IMG/VR virus record: IMGVR_UViG_3300037486_000467
Location: 1-64,000 of that record
From: a virus
Reading direction: 5' to 3' (one strand)
Length of the DNA stretch: 64,000 nt
The notes under the pieces were generated by a model. It was not told where the DNA came from and made no database searches. It saw only the letters and a list, made by a program, of their open reading frames with translations. Below, piece after piece: positions 37,735-47,960 of the stretch. A program made the position numbers and the translations under genes. How positions within the stretch are numbered: the stretch's first letter is position 1; each line of letters begins with the position of its first letter.

Positions 37735-38217
37735 ATGAAAGCAAATGAATGGTTTAAACCTCGAAATTGGGGATGGATTAAAGTTTATCGAGATTTTGAA
37801 AATTTTAATGATTGGAAAAAAATTATTAAAAGAGAAGAAAAAAATGTAGATTCTAAGTTCAATAAATGGAATTTACAACATACAAAATTATACGATATTT
37901 TCGTTACAATCTCTTTAGATGAAGAAGATGCGCAATTGCCAGAAATCATTAAGCGTACAAAAGTATTAGAATCTTTAAATCCTATTAATCGCTATTTAGA
38001 TGAGGAACTTGGTTTTGCTGAATGCCTTAGTTGTGAGTTCAATCAATTTGAAGATGATAAAGGTATACCCACATTATCTTATTTAATTGTTTATAGATTC
38101 ATTTTTAATAAGTTTTCTATAATATGGTTATTAAAATTTATTACAATAACGGGAGCATTAACCTATCTTGCTATAAGGCTTGATGATATAATCAAATGGA
38201 TTTTCAATTCGATATAA
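37735..38217 (+). CDS. Hypothetical protein with C-terminal TM helix
   Basis: ORF in operon; hydrophobic C-terminus. Confidence 0.65.
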   Translation: MKANEWFKPRNWGWIKVYRDFENFNDWKKIIKREEKNVDSKFNKWNLQHTKLYDIFVTISLDEEDAQLPEIIKRTKVLESLNPINRYLDEELGFAECLSCEFNQFEDDKGIPTLSYLIVYRFIFNKFSIIWLLKFITITGALTYLAIRLDDIIKWIFNSI

Positions 38218-38972
38218 ATAATATAAAATGGATAAAGGGTTCTCGTGGTTTGCCGGAATGTGTGTATAAGATAAAAATTCCAAGTGTATCTACGATTTTA
38301 AGTGAAATGATTCCCGATCCTGAATATGATGAATTTGTTGCAGCAGTAGGAAAAGAAAGAGCAGATAAAATAATGACTTCTGCTGGTAATAGGGGTTCAT
38401 CTATGCATACTTTTATAGAAACGTTTATAGCTAAATACTCATCTAGTAAAGATGTTTCAGAAGCATTGAAATACACTCAAGAAGAAAGTCCTAAATTATT
38501 AGAAATAGAAAATATACCAAAAGATAAAATTGAAGAAGGCAGAAGTCTTTTTTATAAATTTTATTATTCAGATTATTCTAATAGATATTTAGATACTCTA
38601 GCTATAGAATTAGGAGTATATTCTCCCTCTTTATTTTATCGAGGTAAATTAGATATTTTATATAAAGATAAACTATTTGGACTTTCATTAACTGATTTTA
38701 AATCTTCTAATGGTAAAATTAAAAATGGAAGTACTAAAGAATTAAAATATCGATATCAATTAGGAGGATATGCAAACTGTATTGATGAAATGTATAAAGA
38801 GCAAAATGTTATTATTAATAGAGCTTCAATATTATGCGTAGATAAAAATAATGATATTTTGCAAGAAATAGAGTGTGTTGGAAAAGAATTACAAGAATAC
38901 AAAGAAAAGTTTAAAGTGTTAGTAATTGAGTATCATAAAAAAAATAATACAGAATATTTATTAAGTAATTGA
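38196..38972 (+). CDS. PD-(D/E)XK exonuclease (RecB/Cas4-like)
   Basis: PSVSTIL, RGSSMH, E..GKLD, TDFKSS, YQLGGY. Confidence 0.85.
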   Translation: MDFQFDINNIKWIKGSRGLPECVYKIKIPSVSTILSEMIPDPEYDEFVAAVGKERADKIMTSAGNRGSSMHTFIETFIAKYSSSKDVSEALKYTQEESPKLLEIENIPKDKIEEGRSLFYKFYYSDYSNRYLDTLAIELGVYSPSLFYRGKLDILYKDKLFGLSLTDFKSSNGKIKNGSTKELKYRYQLGGYANCIDEMYKEQNVIINRASILCVDKNNDILQEIECVGKELQEYKEKFKVLVIEYHKKNNTEYLLSN

Positions 38973-39027
38973 TTTTTTAAAACTATTTTTTGTAAATGCC
39001 ATAAAATATAAAATAATACATAAAAAT

Positions 39028-39651
39028 ATGAAAAAAGAAGATGAAAAATCTGCTAGTGTTCTTACTGTAGTAAAAGATAATACAGAAAATACCAAAGAAG
39101 TAAATAAGCCTACGCCCGAAGAAGCTGCGCAGTTTAAAGAAGAATTTGAAAAATCAGCCGAAGCATTTAAAACAACTAAATGGGAAATTAGCGAAAAAGG
39201 AAAATTTGGAGCTAACGATGTAGGAATGTTTATAATGGATTTTATGAAAAAATTTGCATTTTGGACAAAAACTGGCTGGATGGGAATGCTAAAGATGACC
39301 GAAGAATTAAATAAAGCTATGAATTTAGTTGATGAAAATACGGGTCTTCAATTAGAATATCAAGCACTTGAATTTTTAGCATATATGTTGTCAAATCCTG
39401 GAAATACAGGATTAGATGCAGCTATTGAATTTGAACAAATAGCAGATAAATATTCTAAAATTGGAATAGTTATTGGAACAAAACTTGAAGAGGCGCGAAA
39501 ACAATTAAAAGATCTTCAATATCTTCAAGAAAAATGGGCTGCTGCTGAACAGGGATATTATCTTGCAGAACTTGAGCCTAAAAAAGAAGAAAAATTAGAA
39601 GGAAACGCAGTGGAAATTGATATATCTAAAAAAGAAGAAAAACCCGAATAA
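39028..39651 (+). CDS. Hypothetical helical protein
   Basis: ORF followed by a terminator. Confidence 0.7.
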   Translation: MKKEDEKSASVLTVVKDNTENTKEVNKPTPEEAAQFKEEFEKSAEAFKTTKWEISEKGKFGANDVGMFIMDFMKKFAFWTKTGWMGMLKMTEELNKAMNLVDENTGLQLEYQALEFLAYMLSNPGNTGLDAAIEFEQIADKYSKIGIVIGTKLEEARKQLKDLQYLQEKWAAAEQGYYLAELEPKKEEKLEGNAVEIDISKKEEKPE

Positions 39652-39671
39652 CCTTTTATATATTTCATTTT

Positions 39672-39698
39672 AAGAGGCCCAAAACTTGGGCCTCTTTT
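39672..39698 (+). terminator. Intrinsic terminator
   Basis: AAGAGGCCCAA-AAC-TTGGGCCTCTT-TT. Confidence 0.8.
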
Positions 39699-39750
39699 GA
39701 TAATATAAATATAAATATCTAGAGATATATAAAAACAAAAGACACTAATT

Positions 39751-40095
39751 ATGGCACTTACACCTCAACAATTCTTTGAACGTTATGCTAAATGGCTATT
39801 ACTTGTATTTATAGCTTTATTTTTATTTAAATCTGTACAAAGTTGTAATAGAAACATGAAATTAACAATAGATTCAAAAAAATATACACATGAAATCGAT
39901 TCTTTAAAGACTTTAAACCAAAATTCTTTAGATAGTATCAAAAAACTTAATTTTGAATTAGAAATTGCATCAGAAAAAGCTAAATCTGCAAATGATAGAG
40001 CGGTTGCCGTTCAAAGTGCAGTTGAAAAGATGCGAACAAATACAACTATTACTGTTAAAGGTGCAGAACAAATTAAAGACACAACAAAAAGATAA
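39751..40095 (+). CDS. Membrane-anchored coiled-coil protein (spanin-like topology)
   Basis: N-terminal TM helix, Cys, long coiled coil. Confidence 0.55.
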   Translation: MALTPQQFFERYAKWLLLVFIALFLFKSVQSCNRNMKLTIDSKKYTHEIDSLKTLNQNSLDSIKKLNFELEIASEKAKSANDRAVAVQSAVEKMRTNTTITVKGAEQIKDTTKR

Positions 40096-40415
40096 TGAAT
40101 TATAATAAAGAAAATATTTGTTCTTTTTGTGATGGAACCAAGGGTTGGACATTTATTCATGATAATGATCCTTCTAGAGGTCCTGTTTTTCATCCGTGTT
40201 ATTGTGAAGATGGAACGCGTGTAGGACAATTAATTAGTGATCTCGCAATTCAAAAATTACAGAATGAACAAATATATGATGATTATAATCAACTTCGACA
40301 ATGGGTGGAAAAAACTTCAACATGCAAAACGTGTAAAGGAGATCAGTATAGTATTCCAGGCGGAACTCTTTGCTCTGAATGCAGATTGCCCGGATTACAA
40401 CCATGGGGAGGATAA
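40095..40415 (+). CDS. Cys-rich zinc-finger protein
   Basis: CSFC, CYC, CKTCKG, CSEC. Confidence 0.65.
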   Translation: MNYNKENICSFCDGTKGWTFIHDNDPSRGPVFHPCYCEDGTRVGQLISDLAIQKLQNEQIYDDYNQLRQWVEKTSTCKTCKGDQYSIPGGTLCSECRLPGLQPWGG

Positions 40416-40435
40416 ATAAATAAAATAAATAAAGA

Positions 40436-41650
40436 ATGAAATTAGGAAATCTTAAAATTACGAATAAAGGTCTTTATTGGGGATTGATAATCACCTTTTT
40501 CTTGATATACATTTGCGTAGGCTTTGTATCAACATTGCATGCTATTACTTTTTTTCAAATGGCAAATACTATGGGACTGGCAGTTCTATTAGCTCTTGCA
40601 TTTGAAGTTGGTCAAAGCTCAGTATTGTTTTCAATATTAATGACAAAAAACAAAGAAAAATTTCTGCCATGGTTTTTAATGGTTCTATTAACAGGATTGC
40701 AAATAACCGGTAACGTTTTTTCTTCATTTAAACATATAATGACATCAGGAAGTTTAGATTGGCAATATTTTCAAAAATCTATTCTTTTTGGAGTTCAGGC
40801 TTCAAATCCTGAAATGTATCAAGTTATAATATCTTGGTTGCAAGGCGCTCTTTTACCCGTTGTTGCTCTTGGACTTACAGCATTGGTTGCACAAAATATT
40901 AATATATTAATTCCGCATGAAGAGGAGGAAAAAAAGCTTAAAGAAATTATACCCGAAATAGATGAAACGCCTGAAGATTCTCCCGAAACGCCGATGGTTG
41001 AAAAAGTAGTTTTTAAATCTCCAGGAATACCTAGAGTTGAAAAAGGAGGTGAAACAATAAATTTTACACCGGTTGAATCAACTATTGCCTCTGCACTTGG
41101 AATAGATGCTGAAGAAGAAATGAAAAATTACAGAGTTGCTGATTTAGCTGATAAAGAACTAATGAATAATGAACAAGATGATGAATTTGTCGATTCTTAT
41201 TTGGTTTCACTTCAAGAAGAATCTCCGCAAGAAATAAATGTATTACCAGAAGAACCTAAAATAGAAGAAAAAAAAACTGATGTAAGAGGAAAAAGGCCTC
41301 CACTTAGTATGCGTGAAATTATACAGCAAGTTGCAGATAGGGGCGGAGCAGGCGATTTAACAAAATTATTAGCTGGAAATATACAGCCAGAGAAAGAAGA
41401 ACAAGAATTAAATGAAGTAGTTGAATTAAAAAAAGAAAAGGAATCTTTGCTAAAAGAGGACGTAAAGGTTCCGCAAGAAAACACAAAGTCTCTAAAGAAA
41501 TTAACAATAAATGACGAAAAACAAAAAAATACTTCTCAACTTCAAAAAATTTACGCACAGATAGCAAAAGAACATTTAGATGATGATATAGAAGGCGTAG
41601 AAATAATAGATGGCGAAGCTATTCCTAAATCAAACGTAAAAAAAAAGTAA
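40436..41650 (+). CDS. Multi-pass membrane protein with long acidic tail
   Basis: About 4 TM helices in the first 155 aa, then Glu-rich low-complexity sequence. Confidence 0.7.
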   Translation: MKLGNLKITNKGLYWGLIITFFLIYICVGFVSTLHAITFFQMANTMGLAVLLALAFEVGQSSVLFSILMTKNKEKFLPWFLMVLLTGLQITGNVFSSFKHIMTSGSLDWQYFQKSILFGVQASNPEMYQVIISWLQGALLPVVALGLTALVAQNINILIPHEEEEKKLKEIIPEIDETPEDSPETPMVEKVVFKSPGIPRVEKGGETINFTPVESTIASALGIDAEEEMKNYRVADLADKELMNNEQDDEFVDSYLVSLQEESPQEINVLPEEPKIEEKKTDVRGKRPPLSMREIIQQVADRGGAGDLTKLLAGNIQPEKEEQELNEVVELKKEKESLLKEDVKVPQENTKSLKKLTINDEKQKNTSQLQKIYAQIAKEHLDDDIEGVEIIDGEAIPKSNVKKK

Positions 41651-41719
41651 AAATGAAATTAGAAAAATCTGGTATCCATATTAACCCCGGAGAACATCAA
41701 AATTTTGATAGAATTTAAG

Positions 41720-41741
41720 AAGGAGCGTAAGCTCCTTTTTT
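41720..41741 (+). terminator. Intrinsic terminator
   Basis: AAGGAGC-GTAA-GCTCCTT-TTTT. Confidence 0.8.
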
Positions 41742-41768
41742 ATTGAAATATATAAAATAAAATAATAG

Positions 41769-42665
41769 TTGAAATTAGTCAGAGAACATATTAATGAAGA
41801 ACAAATAGACGAAATGTTAATATTTTTAATAAGTTCGCCTAGTTTAAATGAATCATTAAATGAATCTATAAATTTAGATAAAATAAAAAATATTGTAAAT
41901 AAAATAAAAGATAAAAGCAAAGCTTTTTATACTATAATACAAAAATTCAATGATACAAAAGATGAAAAAATAAAAAACTATTTTGCAATTGTTTTAACAA
42001 TTTTAGTTTTAAGTTTACCTTCAATAAATATACAGAATCCAAATATACAAGAAATATCTAATGAAATTTCAAAAAGAAAAACAATTACGCCTTTAGATGT
42101 AAATAAAATAATAAATCTACCCATATTTAGTTTAGAGCTTTCAAAACAAAAATTAATAAAAATAGACAATCCTATAAATATTGAAAAAGCACATATTTCA
42201 GAAGATACTAAGCAATTAATAAAAGAACACGAAAAATTAAAATTAAAAGCATATTCAATTGGCGATGGAATGATTACAATAGGTTGGGGGCATGCTGAAC
42301 CATTAAATTCTTCTACATATAAAATAGGACATACTATATCTAAAAAAGAAGCTGATATATTATTTCAAAAGGATTTAAATAAAATAGAAAACGGAGTTAA
42401 GCGTATATTTTATCAATGGGAACAAGAAGGAAAGAATATTAAAATGACTCAAGGAATGTTTGATTCTATGGTGTCTTTAGGATATAATATAGGAATAAGT
42501 GGATTAAGAAAAACTGAATTCATACAACATGTTAAAAATAATGATATTCTTGCTGCTGCCGAAAAAATAAAAACAACGAAAATAAATTCTAAATTTCCAG
42601 GATTAAAAGACAGAAGACAAAAAGAACATGAATTATTCATAAAAGATTTAAATTTTAATGAATAA
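41769..42665 (+). CDS. GH24 (phage) lysozyme with MKLVREHINE leader
   Basis: IKEHEKLKLKAY..GDGMITIGWGH, TQGMFDSMVSLGYNIG, GLKDRRQKE. Confidence 0.88.
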   Translation: MKLVREHINEEQIDEMLIFLISSPSLNESLNESINLDKIKNIVNKIKDKSKAFYTIIQKFNDTKDEKIKNYFAIVLTILVLSLPSINIQNPNIQEISNEISKRKTITPLDVNKIINLPIFSLELSKQKLIKIDNPINIEKAHISEDTKQLIKEHEKLKLKAYSIGDGMITIGWGHAEPLNSSTYKIGHTISKKEADILFQKDLNKIENGVKRIFYQWEQEGKNIKMTQGMFDSMVSLGYNIGISGLRKTEFIQHVKNNDILAAAEKIKTTKINSKFPGLKDRRQKEHELFIKDLNFNE

Positions 42666-42688
42666 ATAAATAAAATAATTATGTAAAT

Positions 42689-43705
42689 ATGGCAGATTTA
42701 TTTAATAATACATCCAATGATTATATTAACCCTACTTTAAATCCTTGCCCTGGCGCCGGTGATGGTGGTGCATCTGGTACATTTGAATTTTTACCCGGTC
42801 AAGAAGTAGGAGTAATATCTGGAAGTGATATTGTAACATCAATGGGATTAGGAGATATATCTGTACCTGTAGATGGTTGGACTAACCAATCAAAAATATT
42901 ACAATCAGGAGAAGTAATATTCATTCCTGGATTAACAAAAGGCATTTCATATAGATATCAAAGTTTTCCGTTTGATGGTTCTGTATTATATACTAATACA
43001 AATCACTCATTCTATTTAGCAGTAGATATGTCAATTAATTATTATAGAAATTTTAGATACTATGAAGATGCAATACATGCAGAAGCTAATTTAACAAATG
43101 GAATAACTATTGAAAATGCTCTACAAATTGCGTTAGATGCTAAATTAATAAATGTCACTACTACATATGATGCAAGTGGTTTAACATTTATAGGAACTGC
43201 CTTAGGATATTCTTATGATATAACTGCATTAGACGTTAGTCTTTTTCAATATAATTCATTAACAAGAGAAACTTTGGCAGAAGATGCATCAGTTGCAATT
43301 CCGGCATTTAAATATCCTAATGGAGCGATGTTGGGATATGTGTTAAAAGCAACGTATCCTTCAACCGTTGAAGATTATGAATCGTATATCGAAATAAATC
43401 ACGTACCTGATAGTTTAGTTTATTATGAAGTAAGCACTGGAGGATGTTATTCAAGATATGAAAAATTAGTTGACGTTGGATTAAATAGTGGTTTGCTTTG
43501 TGTAGGTAATACAACTGTAATGAGTGCGGCGGATTATCTTACATATGTTGAAGAAAATAGTTTATGGGAAAAAGTAGGAGTTATTAGAATTTGGTTAACT
43601 GCGACTGATCCCGATAATTCATTAATTGAAAATTTAATTACTGGATTTTATATTTATAATCCACATACATTTCCTGTACAAATATCATATATGATAATAT
43701 TATAA
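42689..43705 (+). CDS. Hypothetical beta-rich virion protein
   Basis: Late-promoter motif; Thr/Gly/Tyr-rich, Lys-poor composition. Confidence 0.55.
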   Translation: MADLFNNTSNDYINPTLNPCPGAGDGGASGTFEFLPGQEVGVISGSDIVTSMGLGDISVPVDGWTNQSKILQSGEVIFIPGLTKGISYRYQSFPFDGSVLYTNTNHSFYLAVDMSINYYRNFRYYEDAIHAEANLTNGITIENALQIALDAKLINVTTTYDASGLTFIGTALGYSYDITALDVSLFQYNSLTRETLAEDASVAIPAFKYPNGAMLGYVLKATYPSTVEDYESYIEINHVPDSLVYYEVSTGGCYSRYEKLVDVGLNSGLLCVGNTTVMSAADYLTYVEENSLWEKVGVIRIWLTATDPDNSLIENLITGFYIYNPHTFPVQISYMIIL

Positions 43706-43706
43706 A

Positions 43707-44351
43707 ATGAAATTAGTAAAGGAACACTTAAATCAATATTATTTAAAATTCACAAATACAGGTGATCCTGTACATGATATGGGTATAGGAATTGAATCTC
43801 AAATTAAAGATTGGTTAGCTCAATATAATATTCATCAATATGCTTTAACTAAGAAATTTTCAATAAATGTATATACTTCTATAGATTTTTCGAATAAATC
43901 TATAAAGCAATTTCCTGATTATATAAAATTTAATCATATAATAGGAGGATTTCATTGTGAACACAGTGATCTAATTTCATTAAAAGGCGGTCCTTATAGT
44001 GTTACTGGATCTTTTCTCGTTCGATATAATAATTTAAAAAATTTAATAAATGGGCCAGTTTCGGTTAAAGGTATATATAGTATAAGTTATAATGGAACAG
44101 AATCATTAGAAGGTTTAGCTAAATTTATAGAAGGCGCGGTATATCTTAGTCATAATAATTTAAAATCATTAGAAGGCGTGCCAAAAATAATTAAAGGCGA
44201 ATTTGCAATACACGATAATCCAATAAAAACATTAAAATATTTTCCTGAAGAAGTAGAGGGAGATGTAACTTTTTCGCCTTCCGATATTATAACAAAAGAG
44301 AAAATATTAAATATATGCAAAGTTGGCGGAGAAATAAAAGAATATAATTAA
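43707..44351 (+). CDS. LRR-like repeat protein with degenerate tag
   Basis: MKLVKEHLNQYYLKFTNTGDPVHDMGIG; ~22-aa repeats L.SL.G.P..V.G.F....N. Confidence 0.8.
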   Translation: MKLVKEHLNQYYLKFTNTGDPVHDMGIGIESQIKDWLAQYNIHQYALTKKFSINVYTSIDFSNKSIKQFPDYIKFNHIIGGFHCEHSDLISLKGGPYSVTGSFLVRYNNLKNLINGPVSVKGIYSISYNGTESLEGLAKFIEGAVYLSHNNLKSLEGVPKIIKGEFAIHDNPIKTLKYFPEEVEGDVTFSPSDIITKEKILNICKVGGEIKEYN

Positions 44352-44365
44352 AAAAATAGAAATAT

Positions 44366-46264
44366 ATGAATAGTTATTATCCATTACTAGAAGATTTTTT
44401 GACAAAAATTAACGAAGATGCTACTAAAGAACAAGTGGCAAAAGCAGTTGCAATTCCAAGACTTGAAGATCAGAAGGAAGTTACTTCACCTAATACAGGA
44501 AAGGTTATTAATATAAAAAAAGTTATGGCAGATATGGATGCTGCTAAGTATAAAATAGTTACACAATCTCCACTTTATCGTCCATATGTTCATGAATTTG
44601 ATCCAATAATTTATACTTGGTATGTTCCAACTATGGCTACTGATGGAGTTAGATTATTTGTTAATCCAGAATTTGCAGATAGTCTTAGCTGGATGGGAAA
44701 GGTATTTGTTTTAATCCATGAAATTATGCACTGTATTCTAATGCACATGGAAAGGGGTCAAGGATTTGATAATAGATTATTTAATATAGCAGGTGATTTG
44801 GAAATCAACACAATAATAGTTGATACAACTGATGATTTTGATGAAAAATTTGTTAAAGAAGAAATTCAGGGATTATACGATAAAAAATATTTAAATATTC
44901 CAGTTGAACAAATTTATCATGATATTGAAAAAAATATGCCCAAATTGCCGCCTCCACCACCAGGAGCTGGCCAGGGACAAGGCCAGGGTCAAGGACAAGG
45001 CCAGGGCCAAGGGCAAGGACAAGGCCAAGGGCAAGGACAAGGGCAAGGACAAGGCCAGGGTAAAGGAAAAGGAAAGGGAAAGGGACAAGGTCAGGGACAA
45101 AATGAAATTGGAGTAGGAACCAAAGTTAAAATTAACGCAACGGGACAGAAGGGTGTAGTTAAACAGATTAATCCCGATGGAACTTATGAAGTAGATATCA
45201 TTAATGAGAGCTTTTATCCAAAATTAATTAACGAAGGATATCAAAAATCTGAATTAACTCCTCTTAGTGATGCTGGAAAAGGCGAAAGCGGCAGCGGCGG
45301 CGGAGATGGCAGCGAAGCAGAAAAAGATGCAAAATCAGGAGAAGGCGGCGGAAATCAAGTAATAGATAAGCAAAAAGAAAAAGAAATGAAAGGAAAAAAT
45401 AAAGCAGCAGATACATCTGGGCCATCTGCTGCTGAAGAAATGGATGCTACTGGTAGAGCTCTTAAAAAGAAAACTGAATATGCAGATCAAGGAAGAGCTG
45501 GAGGAATTATAGACAAAAGAACGGGAGAAGAAATAGCTAGAGCTTCTGGTTATGATCCAGAAGAAATAAATGCTGGTGAAGATGGTAGATCTAAATGGGA
45601 AGCTAATGCAAGAGAGATTGTTAAAACATTAGAAAAACAAAAACAAGCTGGAAGTGGTAGAGGAGATGCTTTAATTAATAGATTAGGAAAAATACTTAAA
45701 GGAACTTCTAATTGGAGATCATTATTAAAGGCGTATGTAGGTACAGCACTATCTGCTGAAAAAGAATATAGAATAGGCGCCAAAAAGCATTTATATAAAA
45801 GTGATGAATATCTAAAAAGAGGTCTTAAAGTAAAAAAGGACGCTATGAAAAAGGTTGTTATATGTGTGGATGTATCAGGCTCTATGTTTGGAGGAAATAC
45901 CTTTGAAAAAGTAATTGGAGAAGTAAATGATATAATATTTGCAAAAAAAATAAAAGAAATTACTATCATATTCTTTGATGATGGAGTAGATCCAGGTTCT
46001 GTACAAAAAGTTAAACAAGGAATAAAAGTTTGGAAACCTAAAGCAATTAAGGGTGGAGGCGGAACAAATTTTCAAAAACCATTAGATTGGATACATGATA
46101 ATTATAAAGATGCCATTAATCTTTGTATTTTTTTAACTGACGGATATGCATCTAATCCTTCTAGGCCTAAATATGCAAATAAATTTATTTGGGTAATATA
46201 CGATAATTTTAATTGGGAAGCTCCATTTGGAAAAGTTATAAAAACGTCAATAGGCGATATGTAA
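44366..46264 (+). CDS. HExxH metallopeptidase-like plus VWA domain protein (DUF2201-type)
   Basis: TMATDG, HEIMH, NIAGDLEIN; (GQ)n linker; MIDAS DVSGSM, GGGTNF, LTDG. Confidence 0.88.
   Translation: MNSYYPLLEDFLTKINEDATKEQVAKAVAIPRLEDQKEVTSPNTGKVINIKKVMADMDAAKYKIVTQSPLYRPYVHEFDPIIYTWYVPTMATDGVRLFVNPEFADSLSWMGKVFVLIHEIMHCILMHMERGQGFDNRLFNIAGDLEINTIIVDTTDDFDEKFVKEEIQGLYDKKYLNIPVEQIYHDIEKNMPKLPPPPPGAGQGQGQGQGQGQGQGQGQGQGQGQGQGQGQGKGKGKGKGQGQGQNEIGVGTKVKINATGQKGVVKQINPDGTYEVDIINESFYPKLINEGYQKSELTPLSDAGKGESGSGGGDGSEAEKDAKSGEGGGNQVIDKQKEKEMKGKNKAADTSGPSAAEEMDATGRALKKKTEYADQGRAGGIIDKRTGEEIARASGYDPEEINAGEDGRSKWEANAREIVKTLEKQKQAGSGRGDALINRLGKILKGTSNWRSLLKAYVGTALSAEKEYRIGAKKHLYKSDEYLKRGLKVKKDAMKKVVICVDVSGSMFGGNTFEKVIGEVNDIIFAKKIKEITIIFFDDGVDPGSVQKVKQGIKVWKPKAIKGGGGTNFQKPLDWIHDNYKDAINLCIFLTDGYASNPSRPKYANKFIWVIYDNFNWEAPFGKVIKTSIGDM
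44968..45100 (+). repeat. Hexanucleotide-period coding repeat, (GQ)n/(GK)n linker
   Basis: GGCCAGGGACAAGGCCAGGGTCAA... with synonymous variation. Confidence 0.9.
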
Positions 46265-46301
46265 AAAGAATATATAAAATAAAAATAATAAATTAAATAT
46301 T

Positions 46302-47960
46302 ATGAAAAAATTAGTTCCAGAATCAATTGAAGAGTCTTTACAGATACTTAAAAGAGAAAATTTAAATGAAAGTACAATTGGCCAATGGTTTAATACAGCA
46401 AAAGACCTCGTTAAAGGCATGTTCAAGAAAGTAGGAAATTTCTTTGTAGCATTTTTTAAAGATAAAGAAATACCTGCTATGGTACCAGTAAATATTGGAA
46501 TAATGTATAAAGATGGCAATTTACCAAAATGTGTTAATTATGTTCCAAGTGCTGAAGATATCCAACTTGAGCCAGCTTTAGCTAAATATAAAAGCGGCGC
46601 TGCTATATTAAATAGAGTTAAAAAAGATTATCAAGAAGCTGCGGCTAGAAATAAGTCAAGAAAAAAAATATCAGAATCACTTATTACAATAAAAAAACTT
46701 GATGAAGAAACTGTACCATTGAAATATTCTGAAGAAGATAAAGTTAAAAATGTTAACTCTGATTTTCTTATTAAAAGATTACAATTACAGGTAAAAAATC
46801 CAAAACTTATGCCGCCTTGTATTTGGGGTGCGCCCGGTATCGGAAAAACGGCTATAACTAAAGGTGTTATTAATGCACTAGGACCTGGCCATAGAATAAT
46901 TGATGTTCAAACTTCTAAAATGATGCCAGATGATTGGGCTCTTCCTTCAATTTATAAAACAGTTACCCCTGAAGGAAAAGAACATATTGAAGCTAGAGAT
47001 CTTCCAAAAAATTGGCTTCCAACCTGGGAACCAACTAAGCCTTCTGATCCAGAAGAAGATGCAAGAAGAGATGACGTTGCAAATGATGGTAACGGGGGCA
47101 TAATTTTTCTTGATGAAATATCAAGAGCTTCTACAGAAGTTCAAAATACTTGTTTAAAACTTGTTGATGAAAGAATTATCGGTGATAGAAAATTAGGAAG
47201 TAAATGGGCTGTAGTAGCTGCATCTAACAGAACTACTGATGATCCAGAAGGCGGCCAAACTGCAATGGGTTCAGCGCTTGCAAACCGTTTTCAACATTGG
47301 AATTTTGTTCCTACAGTAGATGAATGGATTGCATGGGCTAAAGGAGTAAATATTGATGATAGAATAACCACATTTGTTGATTTTAATAGAGACCATTTTT
47401 ATCTATTCGATAATCAATCAAAACTTAATACAACGCCGCGTACATGGGAAGCTCTTTCAAAAATGTTAGCAGAATGTCAAAATTATGGAGATATTATATT
47501 TTCAAAATCAGATATTGAAACTATTGTTGGCGGACAAATTCATCCAAAAACTACAGAACAGTTAATGGCGTTTTTGGTTCTTATTGAAACATTTAAACCA
47601 GAAGAGATAAAAATGATATTTACTAATCCTGCAAAGGCTCCAAAACCAAAGGCAAAAGGATCTGGATTTGATATTCCTCAAGCGAATGCATTAATCGGAG
47701 CAGCTTGTTCACAATCAAAAGACATGAAATTATCAGCAGAACAACTTGAAAATTATGTTCAATATTGGGTAAATTTAGGCGATGCTTCATTGGCCGCTAA
47801 AGCATTATGGCTTATTGTAGAAACGCATCCTTATATACATGAACAAACCGGCGACATAAAAGATGGCAAACATGATAAATACTTGAAAGCAATGAATATA
47901 TTTAGAACAGCATTCGGAAAAATTAAATTTGGAAAAAGAGAGGATGTAATGGGAGCATAA
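46302..47960 (+). CDS. MoxR-like AAA+ ATPase
   Basis: WGAPGIGKT, IIFLDEISRA, VAASNR, ALANRF, TPRTWE; adjacent to the VWA gene. Confidence 0.9.
   Translation: MKKLVPESIEESLQILKRENLNESTIGQWFNTAKDLVKGMFKKVGNFFVAFFKDKEIPAMVPVNIGIMYKDGNLPKCVNYVPSAEDIQLEPALAKYKSGAAILNRVKKDYQEAAARNKSRKKISESLITIKKLDEETVPLKYSEEDKVKNVNSDFLIKRLQLQVKNPKLMPPCIWGAPGIGKTAITKGVINALGPGHRIIDVQTSKMMPDDWALPSIYKTVTPEGKEHIEARDLPKNWLPTWEPTKPSDPEEDARRDDVANDGNGGIIFLDEISRASTEVQNTCLKLVDERIIGDRKLGSKWAVVAASNRTTDDPEGGQTAMGSALANRFQHWNFVPTVDEWIAWAKGVNIDDRITTFVDFNRDHFYLFDNQSKLNTTPRTWEALSKMLAECQNYGDIIFSKSDIETIVGGQIHPKTTEQLMAFLVLIETFKPEEIKMIFTNPAKAPKPKAKGSGFDIPQANALIGAACSQSKDMKLSAEQLENYVQYWVNLGDASLAAKALWLIVETHPYIHEQTGDIKDGKHDKYLKAMNIFRTAFGKIKFGKREDVMGA

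Noticed and set aside
38196-38972. Cas4 as part of a CRISPR-Cas system
   Set aside because: No Fe-S cysteine set, other cas genes or array nearby; ordinary phage PD-(D/E)XK exonuclease
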